The notes below the pieces were generated by a model that worked only from the letters and a program-made list of their open reading frames with translations, was not told the DNA's origin and did not search any database. Below, piece by piece: positions 19,356-28,575 of a stretch of 64,000 nucleotides of DNA. Within the stretch, counting starts at the first letter, position 1. The number at the start of each line of letters is the position of its first letter. This DNA is from a virus. The DNA lies in IMG/VR virus record IMGVR_UViG_3300034374_007216, positions 1 through 64,000 of that record; one strand, given 5' to 3'. A program made the translations under genes and the position numbers.

Positions 19356-21001
19356 CCCATATGCCCCCTACGAGAAATAAGAATACCAGCAGGGTCAAGA
19401 CCCATTCTGCTTGAATTTGTTTCAAGATTTTGTGTTGGTCCATCATTCTTTTCATCTTCATCTTCATTGTTTTGAACACCTGCGGGGTGGTCGGGAACAT
19501 GACCGTTTTCAAACGCCGAGCCTCCACCTTGCATCGCTTTCTTTAATTTCGCTTCTCTTTCTTTTGCCGCAATAAGCCGACGCATTAAATTAAGCATTTC
19601 CATATGTCTTGCGAAATTTTTTGCTTTCAAAATGTCGCTTTGAGTTCTATCTTCACTCATCATAATACTTGATGGTGGTGCTGGCATACTTGGTACAGAT
19701 GATTGAACAGGTGGTAATTGTGGTGGCATCATTGGTGGCATCATTGGTGGTTGTGGAGGTCGTGGTGCTCTTACTCGTAGTGGTCGAAGTGATGGTTGTC
19801 GCATCATTCCCTTTTGTTGTGGCAACAATCCACCAAGACGACCCGCTCCTGTTGGACCAGCATAACTGCCTCGTTGTGCAAATCGAGCGTGTGGTGAAAA
19901 TGTAGTTCGCACATTACCAAGAATTTTTCTTGCCTCGGATTGACCTTGATAGGCTCGGTATCGTTGTGGGTCTTTACTCATCGGTTGTTTAGTCGCAATA
20001 CCCCTGTGGCTCATTTCAACGGCTAAGTGAGGCAACATCAAACCTGTTTTCTTACCACCTTTGATACCACGCATACGGGCTTTAAACCGTCGCATTGTTG
20101 CCCCTACCGGGTCCATGCCGCCGGGAGGTCGCTTGAATTGTCCTGTTGATGGTCGAAATTCTTGACGGGCTTCTTGTTTTCTGCGTCGTGCAATTGTGCG
20201 TGGTGTTTCTATTTTGAGCAAATTACTCCAAGCATCATCCATCGGCTCGCTCATAGTGAAACCTGTTTTTTCATTAAACGGTACATCAGTAAAATCACGA
20301 TATTCACCTTCTATATCATCAAACGGGGGTCGTGCATCATCAACAATAAAATTATGTAAATCATATAATCTATCAAAAAAATCTTCACGAGATGTAGCAC
20401 CTGCTAAATGGTCTATATCGGGTTGTGTAAAATCATCCCCAATTCCTTCGTATTCCCACGGTTTATCTATCAATTCTTGAATCCAATTATACCATTCGGG
20501 GTGAACATCATCACGATTTGGCATATTATATCTGTATTTGTATTGATTTTCTCCGGGGTGTACAGTAGGTTCTTCCTTCAACAATGTACTCCAAGCATCA
20601 TCCATCGGCTCGCTCATTGCGATTGGTAATGGTCCTGTCATTGCTGAACCTGTGCCTGTTTTAGCACCTGTAGCAAGGTCAAGTAAATTACCTCGACTAC
20701 CGGGCGGTCCACCTGTAAGTCCAATTTCACGCTCTTCATCTCTTTTGTTTGAATCATTCATAGCAACAGGGCTTTCTTCACCACGCAATCCTTGTGAAGC
20801 ACGAATTTTAATGTGTTTTATTTTACCCTTATTTGCTTTCTTTTCTTCTTCTTTGAGTTTCTTTTCTTCACGCTTTTGCTCATTGTATTCGGGTGAAGCG
20901 GGATTGTATTTTGTTTCATCTTCATTTGCAGATGAATACATCTTATCCGATTCACTACGAGGGTTATACAGGCGAGTGTCCGAACCTCTTCCCATAACCA
21001 T
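19352..21001 (-). CDS. Modular protein with two MSEPMDDAWSxLLK tags
   Basis: 549 aa. An acidic 121-aa module is bounded by the duplicated tag. Confidence 0.7.
   Translation of the reverse strand: MVMGRGSDTRLYNPRSESDKMYSSANEDETKYNPASPEYNEQKREEKKLKEEEKKANKGKIKHIKIRASQGLRGEESPVAMNDSNKRDEEREIGLTGGPPGSRGNLLDLATGAKTGTGSAMTGPLPIAMSEPMDDAWSTLLKEEPTVHPGENQYKYRYNMPNRDDVHPEWYNWIQELIDKPWEYEGIGDDFTQPDIDHLAGATSREDFFDRLYDLHNFIVDDARPPFDDIEGEYRDFTDVPFNEKTGFTMSEPMDDAWSNLLKIETPRTIARRRKQEARQEFRPSTGQFKRPPGGMDPVGATMRRFKARMRGIKGGKKTGLMLPHLAVEMSHRGIATKQPMSKDPQRYRAYQGQSEARKILGNVRTTFSPHARFAQRGSYAGPTGAGRLGGLLPQQKGMMRQPSLRPLRVRAPRPPQPPMMPPMMPPQLPPVQSSVPSMPAPPSSIMMSEDRTQSDILKAKNFARHMEMLNLMRRLIAAKEREAKLKKAMQGGGSAFENGHVPDHPAGVQNNEDEDEKNDGPTQNLETNSSRMGLDPAGILISRRGHMG
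20224..20617. repeat. Perfect 31-bp direct repeat pair (20224-20254, 20587-20617)
   Basis: tactccaagcatcatccatcggctcgctcat occurs twice, 363 bp apart (in frame). Confidence 0.9.
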
Positions 21002-21678
21002 TATTCAACCCCCATGTTTTCTTGCAATTGGCGTTTTATACGCATCCAAGTTTCGGGGCTTTCTTTACCCAACTCAACTTGAAGAATGTTAAATGTTTGA
21101 TTGACTTGTTGCCCATCACTCTTTGCACCCCATTGGTCTTGGAAACGCAACAAGTCTTTGACAGTTTCTCGTACTTCTTTATGAAGAGCGACAGCATCTC
21201 GTACAAACCCATCTTCATGTACAGTTCCTTCATCAAGTAGTTCACTTAGTTTGTGATTTAATTTCTCAGCATTTGAACGGAGTAAAGCAATTTCTTGACC
21301 CGCAACAAGTGCCACTTCCATAGCCGCAGATTTTTGGACAAGTGGTTGAAAATGACTCTTCATATGACGATATACAACAGTTTCTTTTATCTCTAATTGA
21401 TTTGCTATTTCATCGGATGTAATTTCATTTGAGAAATAAGCGGTTTCATACTCAGCACGCATTGGTGTAGTACACACAGGACACGATTCATTTGCCGCTT
21501 CGTAATATTCACCCATATGATTTCGATAATGACGGTCTGCGGTGTTCTGCCTCCACCCCATATCTTTATCCAATTGACGAGCAGAAATGTGGCCTTGAAG
21601 CATCTCTTCTTCTAATGAATCACGCTCTTCGGAAATGCAAAAAGCACAGGAACGCTTGACTATACGCTCCGCCGCCAT
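21001..21678 (-). CDS. Putative terminase small subunit / Zn-finger HTH protein
   Basis: Two CxxC...RHxxxH repeats plus a coiled coil. Located upstream in the packaging operon. Start taken at MAAER. Confidence 0.4.
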   Translation of the reverse strand: MAAERIVKRSCAFCISEERDSLEEEMLQGHISARQLDKDMGWRQNTADRHYRNHMGEYYEAANESCPVCTTPMRAEYETAYFSNEITSDEIANQLEIKETVVYRHMKSHFQPLVQKSAAMEVALVAGQEIALLRSNAEKLNHKLSELLDEGTVHEDGFVRDAVALHKEVRETVKDLLRFQDQWGAKSDGQQVNQTFNILQVELGKESPETWMRIKRQLQENMGVE

Positions 21679-21738
21679 GAGCGTTCTATAGAGTTCAAGT
21701 TCAAAACAATTATGGATGAAAGGTGCTTCCAACATACC

Positions 21739-22050
21739 ATGTGGGGGCGAAAACGAATAGCCAAAATACCCCTCACAAAAGAAACGCTTCAAAGCCTAAC
21801 AAACGCCGCATCCGATGTTTGTCATGGTCGTTTTGCTCCAAAACACATTGTAGCCGAGCGTTTAAGAATTTGTTCAACTTGTCCTTACGGCGGTACAAGA
21901 TGTGATTTGTGTGGCTGTTTTATCAAAACAAAAGTATCACTATTGAATTCTAAATGCCCAATAGAAAAGTGGTCAAGCCCCTCTCGTGATGCGGGAATAG
22001 ACAGCACTCAAGAAAATAGTGCTGGCGAAGATTCCAATGACAAGGTATGA
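21739..22050 (+). CDS. Small Cys-rich protein (RLxICxxC...CxxCGCF...CPxxKW family)
   Basis: Recognisable phage Cys motif ERLRICSTC...CDLCGCFIKTK...CPIEKW. Confidence 0.6.
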   Translation: MWGRKRIAKIPLTKETLQSLTNAASDVCHGRFAPKHIVAERLRICSTCPYGGTRCDLCGCFIKTKVSLLNSKCPIEKWSSPSRDAGIDSTQENSAGEDSNDKV

Positions 22051-22215
22051 TGCTTTTTCCGAGCCAAGTGTATCTCCTTTAAACAAGAGAATCATTGTAA
22101 GAGCCACAATGAATGAAATAATTTGTACCATAATCATGTCAATAATCACGCTTCGATTTGGGTTTAAAACATCAAGTGTTGTTGCGGCAAATGAAGATGG
22201 AAGGTATTTATCCAT
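21973..22215 (-). CDS. Small membrane protein (2 TM)
   Basis: Two hydrophobic stretches in 80 aa. Confidence 0.6.
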   Translation of the reverse strand: MDKYLPSSFAATTLDVLNPNRSVIIDMIMVQIISFIVALTMILLFKGDTLGSEKASYLVIGIFASTIFLSAVYSRITRGA

Positions 22216-22216
22216 A

Positions 22217-22852
22217 TTATCTTCCTCCCGTTATAATACTACGAGCAAATGAACCAACACCGCCTCCAACTTTTTGCATCATTCCCTCATCAGCAAGTGC
22301 TGAATGTAGCATACCACCCATCATTGATTGTTGTGCAAAATATGCTAATTGTTGTTGGTTTTGTTCAGCCGCATTAATGTTTTGTTGTGCGGTGCTTTGA
22401 AGAGATGAAAAATGAGATTTTACATTTTCACTGCTAATGGTTTGCAAGTGTTGTGGTAATTTTGATACATCAAGTGTCATTGTTCCATTATCTTCGTCAA
22501 TGTTGAATGTAGCATTTCGCAATATTTCAAGAACTGAAAACGAAATAAGTGAAGATAACATATCAATCATTAAGCCCATTTGATTACTTGCAATAAACCT
22601 GTCAATAGGCACTATACCACGAAGCAACATGATTTGCAATTCCATATCGGATGGTGGAGTAATTGGTTGCTGACCCCATTGACTTGCTTGGCCTCCCGTC
22701 ATACCGTTCATGAACGCCCCTGTGCCACCTTGCATCATTGGTTGTTGTGTTGCCCACGGATTTTGCATTTGCATAGGAGAATTTCCCATTGATGCACCTA
22801 AATTTAACGCACCATTGCTATTTGTATATTGTGTGCTACTCAAACCTAACAT
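22217..22852 (-). CDS. Gln/Met/Gly-rich hypothetical protein
   Basis: Co-oriented ORF in the GTPase cluster. Confidence 0.6.
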   Translation of the reverse strand: MLGLSSTQYTNSNGALNLGASMGNSPMQMQNPWATQQPMMQGGTGAFMNGMTGGQASQWGQQPITPPSDMELQIMLLRGIVPIDRFIASNQMGLMIDMLSSLISFSVLEILRNATFNIDEDNGTMTLDVSKLPQHLQTISSENVKSHFSSLQSTAQQNINAAEQNQQQLAYFAQQSMMGGMLHSALADEGMMQKVGGGVGSFARSIITGGR

Positions 22853-22853
22853 C

Positions 22854-23783
22854 TTACTCGATACCCCCAAACATTTCTTGTTCAAGAGCATTTTGGTTAT
22901 TTATCATATCTTGAAATGAGGCAGTTGGTTGGTTCATCATAAATAATTCATGCTCAAAAATCCTCAAATCAAATGTAATTGTAGTGATGTCATTGCGATT
23001 AGTCATTGGATTTGTATAATGAGTAATTGTAATTCCATTGGTTTTCTTTGAATCTCGAATCAACTCATCAAGGAACGGTTCATATTTTTGCAACATTTCG
23101 GGTGTTGGGTCTTTTTTCTTAAATGAAGAAACCGGCACAGTAACTACGCTGACTCCTTTTTTCACTTGGTCACGAAGTCTTTTTGGATTAGCCTCTCTAA
23201 TTTTATCTTCTTCTGCTTCCCACTTGCAAAGAAGATGATACAAATGCATGTGTTCGGGGCAATATGTACCTTTCATTTTTCGACCATTCGTAACTTTTTC
23301 TTTTGCTACAAATGCTTCGGCTTGCCCCGTAACAGGGTTTTGCCAATACAATTCCCAAAGTGTATTACCTGTATCTTCATCGCATATTTTGGCATAGAGA
23401 TTATCATATTGAATGAGTGTAGCACAATCGCAACCATCAACAACGCACATACTTGATTGTTTATCGTAGCGATATTTACGACCAAAAAACAATCGAAGAG
23501 GATTTAACAAATTTCTTTTTGATGGAGTGAGCAATCGGTATGCTTGTTTAATGTCTTTTTTTCTTGCTTTGTTTGGGTCGGGATGGCGACTTGGATAAAA
23601 ATTGACTTTTGGAACTTCTAAGTTTGCTTGATTTGCAATGTTTTGCATAGACTGTTGAGCGGTGGCTTGCTCTAACAAAGCGGCATGACTTAACCCTGCA
23701 TTTCCTTGTTGGCTTAGTGCGTACAAATGTGCTTCATTTGCATCCGATAAACGATACTGTGGTTCTCGATAAAAATTCATCAT
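22854..23783 (-). CDS. Hypothetical protein with putative Zn-binding CxxxxC...CxxH
   Basis: 309 aa, contains CVVDGC and YCPEH. Confidence 0.6.
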   Translation of the reverse strand: MMNFYREPQYRLSDANEAHLYALSQQGNAGLSHAALLEQATAQQSMQNIANQANLEVPKVNFYPSRHPDPNKARKKDIKQAYRLLTPSKRNLLNPLRLFFGRKYRYDKQSSMCVVDGCDCATLIQYDNLYAKICDEDTGNTLWELYWQNPVTGQAEAFVAKEKVTNGRKMKGTYCPEHMHLYHLLCKWEAEEDKIREANPKRLRDQVKKGVSVVTVPVSSFKKKDPTPEMLQKYEPFLDELIRDSKKTNGITITHYTNPMTNRNDITTITFDLRIFEHELFMMNQPTASFQDMINNQNALEQEMFGGIE

Positions 23784-23950
23784 TGTGAATCACCTTTTAT
23801 TTGTGCTGTAAAACCATTGCTGGTTTGTACAATACTCCATTCTATTTTTGTTCCTTTTTTAAGATTTAGAAATTCTGCTATCCACATTGGAATAACAGTT
23901 CTTACACTTTTTGTATCTTTTCCTACTGATGCTACTGTTGTTTTTGTCAT
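23780..23950 (-). CDS. AbrB/SpoVT-like transcription regulator
   Basis: SVRTVIPMWIAEFLNLKKGTKIEW is an AbrB-type signature. GGTGA SD before MTKTT. Confidence 0.7.
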   Translation of the reverse strand: MTKTTVASVGKDTKSVRTVIPMWIAEFLNLKKGTKIEWSIVQTSNGFTAQIKGDSQ

Positions 23951-23958
23951 ATTATCAC

Positions 23959-24675
23959 CTATGCTGTAAGTAAATTTACCATTGTATTTTCCACATTCCA
24001 ACCTATTCTCGTTGCCATGAATGATTTTCTTGTTGGTACACCTGCTTTTTGCAAACGAATTAAATCATCACGAAAAGCATCAAATATTTTGTGTTCTCCT
24101 ATTCTGTCTTGCCCCCACAACATTGCGGCAGTTTCATCAAAAAACCTATCCGCTTTGTTTGCTACAATCATAATTAACTTTGGAATATATTTTTTACCTT
24201 TCCATCTGCTTTTTAAATTTCTATATCGGTATTGTCTATGTACGATAGCATCCACTAAATATTTGAAACCAGCAATTTGTTGTAATGCTTCTTCGCCGCC
24301 TTTCAACACTCTATCGTCAAATATATACACAATTGCTTCGGCTTGTCGAGTTACCATGTCATCAATCCATAGATTCCAAAAACGCTCTTGACCACCTATA
24401 TCGGATGAAAATACAACACGCTTTTGACCTTTCCATGAAATACGCTTTCGTGTAGGTTTTGGAAGTAAATACCTACCGAGAATTCGCATATGTTCAGTAC
24501 GCTCTTCTAACGGTATGTCTTCCATTTCACCGGGTGTTGTCATAAAACGGTCAAGTGTAGTTTTACCAACTAATCCCGCACCGTAAATACCGACCTTGCG
24601 TGGCTTCCATGAGTTGTATAGGGTTTGACCCCATATTGCCGCACCGACAACCGCCGAGCCAACGGGTTCAACCAT
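23959..24675 (-). CDS. Ras-superfamily (Arf-like) small GTPase
   Basis: G1 GAGLVGKT, G3 DIGGQ and G4 NKAD, with an N-terminal hydrophobic/amphipathic extension. Confidence 0.8.
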   Translation of the reverse strand: MVEPVGSAVVGAAIWGQTLYNSWKPRKVGIYGAGLVGKTTLDRFMTTPGEMEDIPLEERTEHMRILGRYLLPKPTRKRISWKGQKRVVFSSDIGGQERFWNLWIDDMVTRQAEAIVYIFDDRVLKGGEEALQQIAGFKYLVDAIVHRQYRYRNLKSRWKGKKYIPKLIMIVANKADRFFDETAAMLWGQDRIGEHKIFDAFRDDLIRLQKAGVPTRKSFMATRIGWNVENTMVNLLTA

Positions 24676-24928
24676 CTAACCACCCCAATACCCAATTTCC
24701 AAAATCTTCGACTTTGTTCCAAAACCATTCCACTGTATTTACCCATAACGATTCACCTGTTATGTTTTCCCATAAACTCACAAACATCATACCTAAAATT
24801 GTAAAAAGAATTGTTCTTATCCATCCAATACCTTTTTCGTAATAATTATCAAGTGTGTTTTGCGTATGCAATGCTCGTAGCGTAGCCTCAGTCGAATCAT
24901 CTTCGGGAGTTTTAAAGATTCGACCCAT
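24668..24928 (-). CDS. Small membrane protein
   Basis: One TM segment plus a Trp-rich amphipathic C-terminus. Confidence 0.6.
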   Translation of the reverse strand: MGRIFKTPEDDSTEATLRALHTQNTLDNYYEKGIGWIRTILFTILGMMFVSLWENITGESLWVNTVEWFWNKVEDFGNWVLGWLDG

Positions 24929-24939
24929 GAGGTATCACC

Positions 24940-25509
24940 TCACTCTTCTTTCTTTTGAAAACGCTTATCTGGTGTTCCATCTTTTTTTAATGTAACATCT
25001 TCATCTGCAATACCCAAACCTAAATTGATTGGTTGTTTAATTTCAGCAGTATGTTTTGGCGGATTTTCAATAAGTTTGTTTTCTTCTTTAAAAGCGGATG
25101 GTGCATCTATAACACCCCAAGACGGCGGCATTTTACCGGGATTTAACTCCATCCATCTAAGTTCTGCTTCAAGTTGTGCTTCTTGCACTCTTATTTCCAT
25201 TTCCGACCTGCGTGCATCAAATTGATTTTGCATGTTACGGTATCGAAAACTGCGTTCTCTCTCAATGTTTTGAAGGCGTACTTTTTCTTGCATGTTTTGT
25301 TCAAAGAACATTTTGAAGAAATAATACGCTATACCTTGTACAAAAAATGCCGCCATAGCGTAAGTGAACCCGTTCACTACGGGGTCATTACTGTTTAGCC
25401 ACATATCTGCATCAAAGAAACCTATTGCCAATCCTACAAGTGCAGATTGGGCAAGAATTAGCCCCATTAGTCGTATTTCAGCCTCGGTTGTGTTACTATT
25501 CGGTTGCAT
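24940..25509 (-). CDS. Membrane protein (2 TM + coiled coil)
   Basis: Two hydrophobic helices, then a coiled coil and a KKDGTPDKRF tail. Confidence 0.65.
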   Translation of the reverse strand: MQPNSNTTEAEIRLMGLILAQSALVGLAIGFFDADMWLNSNDPVVNGFTYAMAAFFVQGIAYYFFKMFFEQNMQEKVRLQNIERERSFRYRNMQNQFDARRSEMEIRVQEAQLEAELRWMELNPGKMPPSWGVIDAPSAFKEENKLIENPPKHTAEIKQPINLGLGIADEDVTLKKDGTPDKRFQKKEE

Positions 25510-25551
25510 TGTCCTCACTCTTGGTCAAAAATATGGTCATTATAACTGTTT

Positions 25552-25725
25552 CGCTTTATTCACTTTATTCAAAACTTTATTCACTCAAATGACTATTCCT
25601 ACTTTATTCACTTTATTCATAGTGTCTTAAAATAATATATAATAAATAATAGAGGTATAATGAATAATGAATATTTGCTTTGGTCATTTTGGTGAATAAA
25701 GTTTTGAATAAAGTGAATAAAGTGA
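25552..25725. repeat. Origin-like element 1: perfect 31-bp inverted repeat of CTTTATTCA iterons around an AT-rich core
   Basis: 25554-25584 ctttattcactttattcaaaactttattcac is the exact reverse complement of 25692-25722. Confidence 0.8.
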
Positions 25726-25729
25726 GTGC

Positions 25730-26191
25730 TTACCATTGCCTAAAGACAGGTACTGAAGTATCTCCGTAGCCTAATTGCTGTAATGCTCTCATACGATGGC
25801 GACCATCATGACCCACAGGACTATCGGTAAATACATAGTCTGCTCTTGGTATTACAAAACGCATATCTTCTCCTTGCATTGCTCTTTGCATGAGGTTTTT
25901 GTAGTAATCATCTTCAACCATTTCATCTGTTCCTGTTTCTTGTAAGAATTGATTTGGAGTCATGTTGGTTATTTCCGCAAAATCTTCTAAATCACTTTCA
26001 TGCGGTATTTCTCTTTCAGTTGAATCAAATGTTTTTCCTTCTTTTATCCAAACACCCGGTAATCCCCCATGAAGACTTTTATCTTGTGTCCAATCTTCAT
26101 TATCTCCTTGAGTGACAAAACGAATACCGGGTACATTTGTTTCATACACCGGCATTTTCAAAAACAACCAAGCCTTGTCCATCGGAGTCAT
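25730..26191 (-). CDS. ParB/Srx-like protein with N-terminal tag
   Basis: GHDGRHRMRAL motif. Starts MTPMDKAWLFLK. Confidence 0.6.
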   Translation of the reverse strand: MTPMDKAWLFLKMPVYETNVPGIRFVTQGDNEDWTQDKSLHGGLPGVWIKEGKTFDSTEREIPHESDLEDFAEITNMTPNQFLQETGTDEMVEDDYYKNLMQRAMQGEDMRFVIPRADYVFTDSPVGHDGRHRMRALQQLGYGDTSVPVFRQW

Positions 26192-26193
26192 TT

Positions 26194-28524
26194 TTACAAC
26201 TCCCGAAGAGTTCCCTTGTCTTTGAAATGTCTTGCCCTGTTTTCATGTTCTCCTTCAAGAGTTAATTTGCCACCTTCGGTGTGGCTGATGTCTTTATGGT
26301 CGTGGCTACCGTATATGCCACGCTTTCTTCGTTCTTGGTTAAGTTGCTCTCTATACTTTATTCTTTCGGGGCTGGACTCATACTTCTTGTCGTACTCCAA
26401 CTTGTGCCGCTTGGCTTCGGGGCTTACACGCTCTTTGAGCAGTTGAAAGGCGATTTCCATAGGTTCGCTGGCGAGTTTCTTCCATTGAGAGGGGTGTACT
26501 GCGTGCGCTCTTACGGGGTCAAGGAGGCCATCGGGTTTAGTATCACCAAAATCAATACCACCGGGCATTTCCGCTTGCGAGTCTTGCCATGCGTCAAACA
26601 TTATTTCCATTACTGCTCGGTCTAATTCCTCTTTTGTAGTAGGAAAATGATTTTGAAAAGCCATATTCATGAAGTAATTTCCTTGATTATTCAAAAAGGA
26701 TAACTTGTCATCATCACTCATGTTTTCCACATAATCCCACAAAGAATTGGTAGTAGCAATAAGTTGTTCATCTGCTTCATCATTCCATATTTGTTCATGA
26801 GGATGAATGTACTCTTCGTCTTGATAATCAATGTCTTCCTTGAGCAGTTGGAAGGCGATGTTCATTGGTTCGCTGGCGAGTTTTTCATCTTCATTTTCTG
26901 CTTCTTCATTTTCTGGCTCTTGCTTTTTAGGCAACCGCACAGTTAATGGTTTTCTGTTTGTATATACATTAACAGGGTTTGCAATTCCCATTCTTTTTCT
27001 TTCTTCATTTGCCGCCTGTAATTCATCTAATCTATTTTGCCATAACATTTCGCCTCTTTTCTTATCATCTGCTCTTTTTTCCCAATAGGTTAAGGGTACG
27101 AAATCTGGCGATGACTCATTAGTTGTTCTAAAATTTAAATGATTTCTGCCGGTATCTCTCATAGTATTTTTTAAATTGTTAATAAATCTTACATCCATAT
27201 CATCCGGTTTATCCAAACCTAATGGATAATTGGGTAAATTTTCCATTGGTGCTATATTTTCATTCAATCTAAATCGGGGGCTGAATAACCGGTAGCGGAG
27301 TAATTGACTATAATCATTTTTGAGCAACCGCAAAGCGATGTCCATTGGTTCGCCTGTGTATTTCATTTGGTCGGCTTCACTAAAACCAGCATTATCACAC
27401 ATTTCATCATATAATTCATATTCCATTATTTCTTCACAACTTGCGTTTTCAACTTCTTCTATCAAAGATTCCATATATTTTAACGCTTCGTGCTTATGCG
27501 GAGTTTCATATTCGGGGTCATTTTCCTCACCAAAAGTCCAATTAGGCCCATCTTCATCTTCATCTTCAATTATCTGATTTAGGTAATTTTGGTAATCTGA
27601 AAGTATTTCTGTTCTAACAGTTTCAGCACAAGAGCAAGGGTCATTATTTTCTATTGTTTGCATATCTATCATGGGTGTATCTTCTTGCATTGGTGCTTGC
27701 TCTTCAACACTTTGAGTCATTGGAGGTTGCAATTCAAGGCTTTGTTTGAGCAGTTGGAAGGCGATTTCCATTGGTTCACCTTTTGGAAATGTAAAATCCG
27801 TTAATGGTTCATTTAAAAGTTGTTGATTTTTACTCCATTGTTGAAATGGGTCGTGAAAATCCTCAATAGATTCCCATGATTGAGGTGTTCGCTCAAGAGT
27901 AACGGGTGAAACATCTTCACTAAGAACAGGTGGTATTCCATATGCTATCAATTGTTTTGCGGCTTCAATTTCCTTTTCTTTTAATTCATCAATAGATAAA
28001 TTATTCGTTGGCATTAAAGCAGTTGCCGCCATTCTTAATGCATGAAAATCTATAGGTCTGTTTGTAATTCTTTGAATATCACTTTCTGGTACATCGCCAT
28101 AAATTATACCTTCGGGTTGCAAGACTTCTGCATATCTTTGTGGTGTATTTTTACCTTCAAACCCATAAAGATGCAACGGTCTATTTCCATGCTTGTAACT
28201 TGAAGGCACATCTGCTTTTGAATGCGATTGAAAATCGGGATTGAATGAAAATAATTCTGCGGGATATGTAAAACGGCCACCTAAAGGTACTCCGTCTAAT
28301 TCCAAAGGTAATTTATCTATATTTTTGTGTCGAGCGTATCTTAGGTTATTTCTAAAAAATACATTTTCTCCACTCATTAACGACCTTGCTTCTGCTGGTG
28401 TTTTGTATTCTGCTGGTTGCATTCTAAGTGAATGTATGCTTCCACCTAACGGGTTCACATCTTCAAGATACTGCCGATACTCTTGGGGCGAAATGTACGC
28501 TTTGCGTATCGCCACCTTCCGCAT
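26194..28524 (-). CDS. Polyprotein-like modular protein with four EPMxIAxxLLK tags
   Basis: 776 aa in five modules. The last module is HNH-like (DISH...ENRAR). Confidence 0.75.
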   Translation of the reverse strand: MRKVAIRKAYISPQEYRQYLEDVNPLGGSIHSLRMQPAEYKTPAEARSLMSGENVFFRNNLRYARHKNIDKLPLELDGVPLGGRFTYPAELFSFNPDFQSHSKADVPSSYKHGNRPLHLYGFEGKNTPQRYAEVLQPEGIIYGDVPESDIQRITNRPIDFHALRMAATALMPTNNLSIDELKEKEIEAAKQLIAYGIPPVLSEDVSPVTLERTPQSWESIEDFHDPFQQWSKNQQLLNEPLTDFTFPKGEPMEIAFQLLKQSLELQPPMTQSVEEQAPMQEDTPMIDMQTIENNDPCSCAETVRTEILSDYQNYLNQIIEDEDEDGPNWTFGEENDPEYETPHKHEALKYMESLIEEVENASCEEIMEYELYDEMCDNAGFSEADQMKYTGEPMDIALRLLKNDYSQLLRYRLFSPRFRLNENIAPMENLPNYPLGLDKPDDMDVRFINNLKNTMRDTGRNHLNFRTTNESSPDFVPLTYWEKRADDKKRGEMLWQNRLDELQAANEERKRMGIANPVNVYTNRKPLTVRLPKKQEPENEEAENEDEKLASEPMNIAFQLLKEDIDYQDEEYIHPHEQIWNDEADEQLIATTNSLWDYVENMSDDDKLSFLNNQGNYFMNMAFQNHFPTTKEELDRAVMEIMFDAWQDSQAEMPGGIDFGDTKPDGLLDPVRAHAVHPSQWKKLASEPMEIAFQLLKERVSPEAKRHKLEYDKKYESSPERIKYREQLNQERRKRGIYGSHDHKDISHTEGGKLTLEGEHENRARHFKDKGTLREL
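26435..27777. repeat. Four dispersed in-frame direct repeats (26435, 26840, 27320, 27746) encoding the tag
   Basis: Repeat unit ttgagcagttg.aaggcgat...cat.ggttc. Copies 1 and 2 match at 40/44 nt. Spacings are 405, 480 and 426 bp. Confidence 0.85.
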
Positions 28525-28575
28525 GGTATTTCTAAACGCCCATAAATTAAAGAATTATCGCCTTATGCGATGTGC

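Noticed and set aside
26435-27777. Repeats as a CRISPR array
   Set aside because: Intervals are 400-480 bp, in frame and protein coding. No cas genes seen.
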